Positions 25,505 through 32,000 of a DNA stretch of 32,000 nucleotides are shown piece after piece (position 1 is the stretch's first letter; the number at the start of each line of letters is the position of its first letter). The translations under genes were made by a program, and so were the position numbers. The DNA is taken from assembly GCA_963676105.1 (NCBI GenBank), contig OY781039.1, positions 1,560,001 to 1,592,000 on the forward strand, in the 5' to 3' direction. Origin of the DNA: Erysipelotrichaceae bacterium. GTDB taxonomy: Bacteria; Bacillota_I; Bacilli_A; Erysipelotrichales; Erysipelotrichaceae. Under the pieces are notes generated by a model. It was not told the origin of the DNA and did not search any database. It saw only the letters and a list, made by a program, of their open reading frames with translations.

Positions 25505-25554
25505 TGATTAAAGAATTAAATATCGTTATTATATAGATAAGCAAATAATCGCTA

Positions 25555-25583
25555 TTGTTTTAGTAGCAATAGAGTGCTATAAT
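25555..25583 (+). promoter_or_regulatory. Candidate promoter of rpsF-ssb-rpsR (TTGTTT-17-TGcTATAAT)
   Basis: Extended -10 with TG at 25575-25576 and tataat at 25578-25583. -35-like ttgttt at 25555-25560. Confidence 0.5.
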
Positions 25584-25656
25584 CACTAAACGGGTAGATA
25601 TCCTATATATTTACTTCTTGCCTGAAAAGGCCAATAGACCATAAGGAGGTGAACAC

Positions 25657-25944
25657 ATGAGAAAATATGAAATCATGTACATCGTTAAAGCAGATTTAGA
25701 CGATGCGTCACGTCAAGAGTTGGTTGACCGTTTACACGCTATCATCACAAATGATGGTGGACAAGTAACAAAGGTCGACGAATGGGGGATTAAGGAATAC
25801 GCTTATCCTATCAATGACGAGACTAAAGGTTATTACGTGGTTATCAAAGTTGAAGCTAAACCTGAAACTTTAGATGAATTCAATCGTCTTGCACGAATTG
25901 AAACAAACGTAGTTCGTTTCTTAGTTGTAAACGAAGAAGAGTAG
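25657..25944 (+). CDS. rpsF: 30S ribosomal protein S6
   Basis: 95 aa, MRKYEIMYIV... canonical S6. AAGGAGG SD. Confidence 0.95.
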   Translation: MRKYEIMYIVKADLDDASRQELVDRLHAIITNDGGQVTKVDEWGIKEYAYPINDETKGYYVVIKVEAKPETLDEFNRLARIETNVVRFLVVNEEE

Positions 25945-25957
25945 GAGGATCACATAC

Positions 25958-26410
25958 ATGCTAAATCGTGTCGTACTAGTTGGAAGACTCACAAGAGATC
26001 CAGAACTAACTAAAACACAATCAGGTGTATCGCTAACACGTTTTACGGTTGCGGTTAATCGTCGTTTTAGTAAGAGTGACGAAGCTGATTTTATTAGTTG
26101 CGTTACTTGGCGTCAAACAGCAGATTTCCTTAGCCAATATGCTAAAAAAGGAAATATTGTTGCGATTGAAGGACGTATCACAACTGGCAGTTATGATGAT
26201 TCAACAACTGGCAAGAAAGTGTATACAACAGATGTAACTGTTGATAATGCTCAACTTGTTGGTTCACGTAATCAATCTGATTCTACACAAAGTTATCAAA
26301 GTCAAAGTTCAAACAACAGTGGTTATCAAGCTGATGTAGAACCAAAATCTGATGACGATTTCGAAACTGGACCATTACTTGATATTTCAAGTGATGACCT
26401 TCCATTCTAA
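25958..26410 (+). CDS. ssb: Single-stranded DNA-binding protein
   Basis: 150 aa. OB fold [19 protein letters not shown]-rich tail, acidic tip SSDDLPF. Confidence 0.95.
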   Translation: MLNRVVLVGRLTRDPELTKTQSGVSLTRFTVAVNRRFSKSDEADFISCVTWRQTADFLSQYAKKGNIVAIEGRITTGSYDDSTTGKKVYTTDVTVDNAQLVGSRNQSDSTQSYQSQSSNNSGYQADVEPKSDDDFETGPLLDISSDDLPF

Positions 26411-26424
26411 AGAAAGGAGTTCTC

Positions 26425-26655
26425 ATGGCATTTAGAAAACAACGCGTAGGCCGTAGAAAGGTCTGCTATTTCACAAAAAATAACATTAAAACCATTGACT
26501 ACAAAGATACGGAGTTACTTAAACGCTTTATCACAGCTAATGGTAAAATTATTCCAAGACGTGTTACTGGCACAAGCGCTAAATATCAACGTATGTTAGC
26601 AACTGCTATCAAACGTGCTCGTCAAATGGCTTTATTGCCTTACGTAGCTGACTAA
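26425..26655 (+). CDS. rpsR: 30S ribosomal protein S18
   Basis: 76 aa. KVCYFT...IDYKD..LLKRFI...GKI.PRR.TG canonical S18. Confidence 0.95.
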   Translation: MAFRKQRVGRRKVCYFTKNNIKTIDYKDTELLKRFITANGKIIPRRVTGTSAKYQRMLATAIKRARQMALLPYVAD

Positions 26656-26663
26656 TTTAAAAC

Positions 26664-26705
26664 AACCTTCACTTGAGCACTGCGTTTGGGTGAAGGTTTT
26701 ATTAT
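26664..26705 (+). terminator. Terminator after rpsR
   Basis: 9-bp stem aaccttcac (26664-26672) / gtgaaggtt (26690-26698), 17-nt loop, T-rich tail. Confidence 0.55.
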
Positions 26706-26711
26706 TTATAT

Positions 26712-27614
26712 ATGAATAAAAATAACGTACGAAAAATAACACAAGGTGCAATGATGCTAAGTATCATTGCTGTATTCTTAATTATCAATCTGCAAACGGC
26801 AGGTCTTTTAGAGTTGTATGCAGTGTGGTTACTACCACTCCCTTTTATCTTTTATCAAGTTCAATATGGATTTAAGGCAACAGTTATCTTATCGATATCA
26901 AGTTTTATACTTTCCTTTTTATTAGGGTCAATTTTAACCTTGTTTTATGTTACGTCTGCGATTGTCATAGGACTTGTCTATGGTTATGGCGTATCTAAAG
27001 ATAAGGACAATGGATGGTTAATCTTTTTCACAACCATATTTACTGCGATCAGTATGTTCTTGGAAATGTATGTTTTCGCTGCTTTCTTTGGTTATGATTT
27101 AGTGGCTGAAACACATGAAATTGTAGAAGTATTAAAAGGTATGGATGGTTTAGTCATTCCGAATGATTTAGAAAGTTTGGTTTTAGGAATTTATCCTGTC
27201 GCTTTACTGTTTATGTCATTCTTACAATCATTAGTGATACATATGTTGTCGATTTTATTGTTAAAGAGATTAAAAATCAAAACACGCAAAATGAAAGACT
27301 TGGGTAACTATCGTTTACCTAGCTGGGCTGGCTTATTAACTTTAGTTGGTTTGTTTGCGAACTTAATTTTTACAAGTGATTCAGATCTTGTAAGACAATA
27401 TTTAATTCTAGCTTTTACAGTAAGTACCATGATCTTATTAGTTGATGCTTATATTGTGCTTGTACTACTTGCGAGAAAGTACAAAATGAGATGGTTGCCG
27501 ATGATATCAGTACTATCGATTCTGTTCTTGCCAAGCATTGGTATCTATGTTTTCATAGGATTAGGCTTACTTGATTCAATTACAGATTTTAGAAAACGAA
27601 TTCTAAAATTATAA
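26712..27614 (+). CDS. yybS: YybS-family (DUF2232) polytopic membrane protein
   Basis: 300 aa, multi-TM. Conserved position between rpsR and gdpP. No clear SD before 26712, so the start is uncertain. Confidence 0.7.
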   Translation: MNKNNVRKITQGAMMLSIIAVFLIINLQTAGLLELYAVWLLPLPFIFYQVQYGFKATVILSISSFILSFLLGSILTLFYVTSAIVIGLVYGYGVSKDKDNGWLIFFTTIFTAISMFLEMYVFAAFFGYDLVAETHEIVEVLKGMDGLVIPNDLESLVLGIYPVALLFMSFLQSLVIHMLSILLLKRLKIKTRKMKDLGNYRLPSWAGLLTLVGLFANLIFTSDSDLVRQYLILAFTVSTMILLVDAYIVLVLLARKYKMRWLPMISVLSILFLPSIGIYVFIGLGLLDSITDFRKRILKL

Positions 27615-27624
27615 GAGAAAAACT

Positions 27625-29580
27625 ATGTTACATCATTTTAAAAACATTAAACCGCTTTTGTGGAGTATTATCATCGTTGACACGGTGCTTTTAGGCATCC
27701 GTTTTGCGCTACAAATACGCTATCACTGGACTTTGGATCTAGGGATTGTATTAGGCAATATCTTAATGTTTTTATTTGTGGCTGATTACTATGAAGAACA
27801 GGCACAACAAAGACAATTTGATGTTTCAGATGTCTTAGGTAAAAGTGCCTTTGATGCCTTGCTTTTTGGGGATATTGGTTTAGTTGTTTATAACGATGCT
27901 TTTGAAATTATGTGGATAAGTGACTTACTTGTTCAACGTAATTATCAAGTTATCGGACAAAAGATAATGCAGTGGCTACCTGAAACCAAAGCCATCTTTA
28001 ATAATGAAGCTGAAACCATCCGTTTAAGAATAAATGAACACTCATATGAAGCAACGAAAGTAAGTGGTGCTTCTACCTTAATATTGAGAGATATTACTGC
28101 TTTAGATGAATGTTTAATAGAATCTCAGAATAAACAAATTGTATTAGGTATGGTTCACTTTGATAACTATGAAGAAACAACCCAGTTTGAAGATGAACAC
28201 CGTGTTACATTAATTGACTCTAAGATTAGACAAGCTGTTTATACTTGGGCAAGTGAAATGGGTATCTTTGCGAAGCGTTTAAGAAACAATCGTATGATTT
28301 TAGTTTTAGATGAAGAGTTATTTCAAAAAGCATATGAAGATCGTTTTTCAATTGTGGATATAATTCGTGAGGAATCAGAAGAATTGGATATTGCGATCAC
28401 TTTATCAATGGCTTTCTCACGTGGTAGTCGTAAATTCTCTGAACTTGAAGATATGGTTAATACAGCTTTAGATTTAGCGCAAAATCGTGGTGGGGATCAA
28501 GTTGCGATTAAAGCATTAAACGAAGATGTTCTATATGTTGGTGGATCATCTGAAGCACAAGCGAAAAAATCTAAAGTTAGAGCGCGTGTAATAGCACAAT
28601 CTTTAAGAGAAACGATATTAAACAGTTCTAACGTTATTATTATGGGACATAAAGACATGGACTTTGATTGCTTTGGTTCTGCCTTAGTTATGAGTCGATT
28701 TGTTTATGCATATCAAAAACCGGTTGGAATTGTATTACATGGTGATCAAGAAGAAAAACTGGCAGTCTCTTTTGAAAAGAATGAAGAAGAATTAGCTTTA
28801 TATCATAATTTCTTAAGTGAACATCAAGCACGTCAAATGATTAATGAAGATACTTTATTGATTCTTGTTGACCATCATTCAGAAAACTATACACAAGTTC
28901 CTAAATTACTTCATGAAGTAAAACATATTGTTGTTTTAGACCACCATCGTCGTAATCAAGACTTTACCTTTAATCCAATGTTGGTTTATACAGAAACTTC
29001 TGCTTCAAGTACCAGTGAAATGGTTGCGGAACTTATTTCTTATCACCAACATACAGTTCCACTAACACCAATTGAAGCAACCTTTATTTTTACGGGTGTT
29101 GTGGTCGATACAAATCGTTTTAGAAATCGTTCAGGTTCTCGTACCTTTGAAGTCGCAAGTTTACTCAAAAAGTATGGTGCAGATAGTAGTCAAAGTGATG
29201 AATTCTTAAAAGACAATTTACGAGACTTCCAACAAAAATCAGCCGTTTTAAGTAATCAAAAAGTGATTAATAAGAATATGATTATTGCCTTTGCAGATGA
29301 AGATGTGGTGACAAGTCGTTCTATTATTTCTCAGGTCGCAGATTCACTATTATTAGTTGAAGGAATTGATGCGAGTTTTGCGATTGGACGTTTAAATGAG
29401 CGTTTAGTTGGGATAAGCGCACGATCAAACGGTAATGTAAATGTGCATGCTATAATGGAAAAAATGCAAGGTAGTGGTCACTTCAATGCAGCTGCTTTAC
29501 AACGTGAGAATACAGATGTAGAAAGCCTTTTAAGTGAACTTGAAAGTACGATTACTGATATACTTGAAAGTGAGGAATAG
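27625..29580 (+). CDS. gdpP: Cyclic-di-AMP phosphodiesterase GdpP (2 TM, PAS-like, degenerate GGDEF, DHH/DHHA1)
   Basis: 651 aa. N-terminal TM pair. DHH motifs (VDHHSEN, LDHHRR). DHHA1 motif GSGH. Conserved yybS-gdpP-rplI synteny. Confidence 0.9.
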   Translation: MLHHFKNIKPLLWSIIIVDTVLLGIRFALQIRYHWTLDLGIVLGNILMFLFVADYYEEQAQQRQFDVSDVLGKSAFDALLFGDIGLVVYNDAFEIMWISDLLVQRNYQVIGQKIMQWLPETKAIFNNEAETIRLRINEHSYEATKVSGASTLILRDITALDECLIESQNKQIVLGMVHFDNYEETTQFEDEHRVTLIDSKIRQAVYTWASEMGIFAKRLRNNRMILVLDEELFQKAYEDRFSIVDIIREESEELDIAITLSMAFSRGSRKFSELEDMVNTALDLAQNRGGDQVAIKALNEDVLYVGGSSEAQAKKSKVRARVIAQSLRETILNSSNVIIMGHKDMDFDCFGSALVMSRFVYAYQKPVGIVLHGDQEEKLAVSFEKNEEELALYHNFLSEHQARQMINEDTLLILVDHHSENYTQVPKLLHEVKHIVVLDHHRRNQDFTFNPMLVYTETSASSTSEMVAELISYHQHTVPLTPIEATFIFTGVVVDTNRFRNRSGSRTFEVASLLKKYGADSSQSDEFLKDNLRDFQQKSAVLSNQKVINKNMIIAFADEDVVTSRSIISQVADSLLLVEGIDASFAIGRLNERLVGISARSNGNVNVHAIMEKMQGSGHFNAAALQRENTDVESLLSELESTITDILESEE

Positions 29581-29582
29581 AT

Positions 29583-30026
29583 ATGAAAGTTATCCTATTA
29601 GAAGATGTTAAAAAAGTAGGCAAAAAAGGTGAAGTGTGTGATGTCGCTGACGGTTATGCACGTAACTTTTTAATTCGAAATAAAAAAGCTGTTGCGGCTA
29701 CTGATGAAGCTAATAAAATCTTAGCTCAACAAAAAGCAGACAAAGCACATCAAGATGCTTTAGATAAACAAGCCGCTGAAGAACTTAAAGAAAAACTTGA
29801 AAAACTTGTTTTAAATTTTACTTTGAAACAAGGTAATGAAGGGCGTGTTTTTGGTTCGATTAGCACAAAACAAATTAGTGATGAACTCAAGAAAACATAT
29901 GGTTATGAAGTTGATAAGCGTAAGATGCATGGTGAAGCGATTGCCTCTATTGGTTATAGTAAAATGCAAGTTGAACTATACAAAGGGGTCATGGCAACAC
30001 TTAGTATTAAGGTAGACCCACAATGA
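29583..30026 (+). CDS. rplI: 50S ribosomal protein L9
   Basis: 147 aa, MKVILLEDVKKVGKKGEV..VADGYARNFL canonical L9. Confidence 0.95.
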   Translation: MKVILLEDVKKVGKKGEVCDVADGYARNFLIRNKKAVAATDEANKILAQQKADKAHQDALDKQAAEELKEKLEKLVLNFTLKQGNEGRVFGSISTKQISDELKKTYGYEVDKRKMHGEAIASIGYSKMQVELYKGVMATLSIKVDPQ

Positions 30027-31375
30027 GTCAAACACTACCGCATAGCATAGAAACAGAACAAGCGATGTTATCTAGTATGTTAGCTTACCCTAACTCAGTA
30101 CAGGTCGCATCAGAACTTGCTTTACATCCAGACCATTTTTACTCTGAAGCAAACAAACGTTTATTCAAAGTGATGATGGATATGTATGAGGAAGGGAAGC
30201 CGATTGATTCAGCTTCTGTTTTAGCGCGTTTAAAAGATCTAAATCTTACGCAAGCTATCGGTGGTGCAAGCTATATTTTAGAACTCTCAGAAAGTTCAGT
30301 CTCTTCAGCTAATACTCGTTATTATGTTGGGGTTATTCAAGATAAAGCTTATGTTCGCAATTTAATTATTACAGCTCAAAAGATTGCGGCTGATGGTTAT
30401 GATGGCAGCGTTGATATTGATGATGTCATGGACCAAGCCGAAAAAGACTTATTAAATGTCACACGTACACGCCGTGCGGCAGAATTTAAAAATTCAAGAG
30501 AAGTTGTGACCAACGTTTTAGAAAACATTCAAACAATGTCACAAACACATACAAGTATTACTGGTACACCTACTGGTTTTAGACGTATGGATGGTTTAAC
30601 AAATGGTTTCCAAAATGGGGACTTAATAATTTTAGCGGCACGTCCTTCAGTTGGAAAAACAGCTTTTGCCTGTAATGTCGCACTCAATGCAGCGCAAATT
30701 TCAAAGAAAGCTGTTGCGATGTTTTCGCTTGAAATGCCAGCTGAACATTTGATTACTCGTATGTTGTCTGCGAAATCAAGATTAACAGGTTCTGCTTTAA
30801 GAACTGGTCAAATTAGAAATAACAATGAGTGGAATGCTTTGAATGAAGCGGCTGCTGATTTAAAAGAAACAAAAATATATATTGATGATTCAGCAACCAT
30901 TCGTGTTTCTGAAATCTTTAGTAAATGTCGTAAACTACAAACAGAACATCCATTAGGATTAATTATTATTGACTATATTCAACTCATTAGCTCAGGAGCT
31001 AAGTCATCAGATAATCGTCAACAAGAAGTATCAGAGATTTCTCGTAACCTTAAAGCTTTAGCGCGTGAACTAAAAGTACCTGTTATTGCGTTATCACAAT
31101 TATCTCGTTCAGTTGAATCAAGATCTGATAAGCGTCCACAACTCAGTGATTTACGTGAATCAGGTGCGATTGAACAAGATGCTGATATCGTTTTATTCTT
31201 GTATCGTCAAGCTTATTATGAGCGTGATGAAGATCGTCCAGAAACTGAGAAAATTGAAGTCTTAATCGCAAAACATCGTAATGGTCCGATTGGCCAAGTT
31301 GATCTTGCTTTTGAATCAGCGATAAATGCATTCTATAACTATTCCGAAACTAACCAACGAGGTGAAAATGCGTAA
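30023..31375 (+). CDS. dnaB: Replicative DNA helicase DnaB
   Basis: 450 aa. PHSIETEQAMLSSML N-terminus, Walker A ARPSVGKTAF, IIIDYIQL, LSQLSR, IAKHRNGP. Confidence 0.95.
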   Translation: MSQTLPHSIETEQAMLSSMLAYPNSVQVASELALHPDHFYSEANKRLFKVMMDMYEEGKPIDSASVLARLKDLNLTQAIGGASYILELSESSVSSANTRYYVGVIQDKAYVRNLIITAQKIAADGYDGSVDIDDVMDQAEKDLLNVTRTRRAAEFKNSREVVTNVLENIQTMSQTHTSITGTPTGFRRMDGLTNGFQNGDLIILAARPSVGKTAFACNVALNAAQISKKAVAMFSLEMPAEHLITRMLSAKSRLTGSALRTGQIRNNNEWNALNEAAADLKETKIYIDDSATIRVSEIFSKCRKLQTEHPLGLIIIDYIQLISSGAKSSDNRQQEVSEISRNLKALARELKVPVIALSQLSRSVESRSDKRPQLSDLRESGAIEQDADIVLFLYRQAYYERDEDRPETEKIEVLIAKHRNGPIGQVDLAFESAINAFYNYSETNQRGENA

Positions 31376-32000
31376 TATTTATGCCATCTTACTAGCGCTT
31401 GGGATCAGTCTGTCAATTGTGAGTGTTGATTTTTTCAGTCAGTCTAATGCGATGAGTTCTGAAACAGCACAAATTCAAGAACAAACAATTGTTGATCAAG
31501 CGATCGTAGAAAGCTATGATATTCAAAAAACCATTCAAAAGATTTATTTAGGATCTGATTTGATAGGTGTTTTAAGTCACGATGCTGATGTTGAAGGTTT
31601 TTTAAATAGTGTTTATGTCGATAGATACTTAGAAGAATTCCCATCATCAAAATTAGGTTTTGGGGAAAACATTACGCTTATCGAAGAATTATCTTATTTT
31701 GAATATGAAAATAAAGATCAAGAAATATTTGATTATCTGAATTCAAATGATTTATTTTCAGTAGAAGTTGATAAGATTGAATTTTCAAATGGTGCGATTA
31801 TTTATGTAAAAGATGTGGCCATGTTTGAAGAAGCGCGTGAGATTTATGTTGGTAACTTTATCTCAAAAGAAGCCTATGATTTAATTCGTAATAATCAACT
31901 ACCTGCACCACTGACCACCTATGGTTATCGTGAAGTTGGTTTCTCTATTGTTGAAACAGCTACCTATCAAAGAGGGCTTGCGCCTTTATCAAAAATATTA
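31368..32000 (+). CDS. Secreted or membrane-anchored protein of unknown function (5' partial, runs off the window)
   Basis: Frame is open from ATG 31368 to the window end (211 codons, no stop), so it is missing from the ORF track. N-terminus MRNIYAILLALGISLSIVSVDFF is signal-peptide-like. 8-nt overlap with the dnaB stop. Confidence 0.6.
   Translation, partial: MRNIYAILLALGISLSIVSVDFFSQSNAMSSETAQIQEQTIVDQAIVESYDIQKTIQKIYLGSDLIGVLSHDADVEGFLNSVYVDRYLEEFPSSKLGFGENITLIEELSYFEYENKDQEIFDYLNSNDLFSVEVDKIEFSNGAIIYVKDVAMFEEAREIYVGNFISKEAYDLIRNNQLPAPLTTYGYREVGFSIVETATYQRGLAPLSKIL

Noticed and set aside
25584-25656. Possible S6:S18-binding autoregulatory leader structure upstream of rpsF.
   Set aside because: A ~70-nt leader exists and such a motif is known in Bacillota. 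I could not convincingly fold or match the conserved structure by eye, so no call is made.
26712-26760. Alternative start for yybS (ATG 26751, preceded by AAGGTG).
   Set aside because: The SD-like AAGGTG is only 2 nt from that ATG, which is too close. Neither start has good support, so the longest ORF is kept and flagged as uncertain.
31444-31650. 68-aa minus-strand ORF near the window end.
   Set aside because: It overlaps a + strand frame that is open for 211 codons from an ATG coupled to dnaB and encodes a plausible signal peptide. The minus ORF is H/L/K-rich with no start context.

Overview
Low-GC, standard-genetic-code, Bacillota-type chromosomal window, densely coding (about 30 genes). 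I found no rRNA, tRNA, CRISPR, IS element, integrase or recognisable defence gene.

Left to right:
- dusB-lysS.
- A ~650-bp non-coding stretch holding a decayed gene remnant.
- An eight-gene, translationally coupled + strand operon: MarR regulator, FakA-N/DegV fusion, DUF1295, DUF2177, TudS-DUF1722 'RudS-like' desulfidase, stand-alone CarH-like B12-binding-domain protein, and a MacB/FtsX-type ABC permease plus ATPase.
- A convergent - strand cobalamin block: cobalamin riboswitch -> DUF4430-like anchored protein, ECF-S-component-like membrane protein, PduO-type adenosyltransferase, then the class II AdoCbl-dependent RNR gene nrdJ with its own promoter.
- An IspD-family cytidylyltransferase.
- A glucitol-family PTS split over divergent operons: SAF-domain NAD oxidoreductase + srlB on the - strand, gutM-srlA-srlE on the + strand.
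- A small LplA/LipM-family lipoyl transferase.
- A SorC-family regulator followed by an acoL-acoA-acoB-acoC-like dehydrogenase complex.
- The conserved rpsF-ssb-rpsR-yybS-gdpP-rplI-dnaB block, and the 5' part of a secreted-protein gene.

Best candidate for something undescribed: the 3.2-10 kb operon. It combines gene families known from light/photo-oxidative regulons with a B12 sensor domain that has no DNA-binding domain and is start/stop-coupled to an ABC permease. AdoCbl uptake and activation genes lie next door.

Secondary leads:
- A glucitol-type PTS with no SDR-type SrlD.
- A recurring 14-bp ACAwwTGT-core operator-like motif linking the PTS and aco-like loci.
- A single-chain FakA-FakB fusion.

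All functional calls come from reading motifs by eye. No searches were run.
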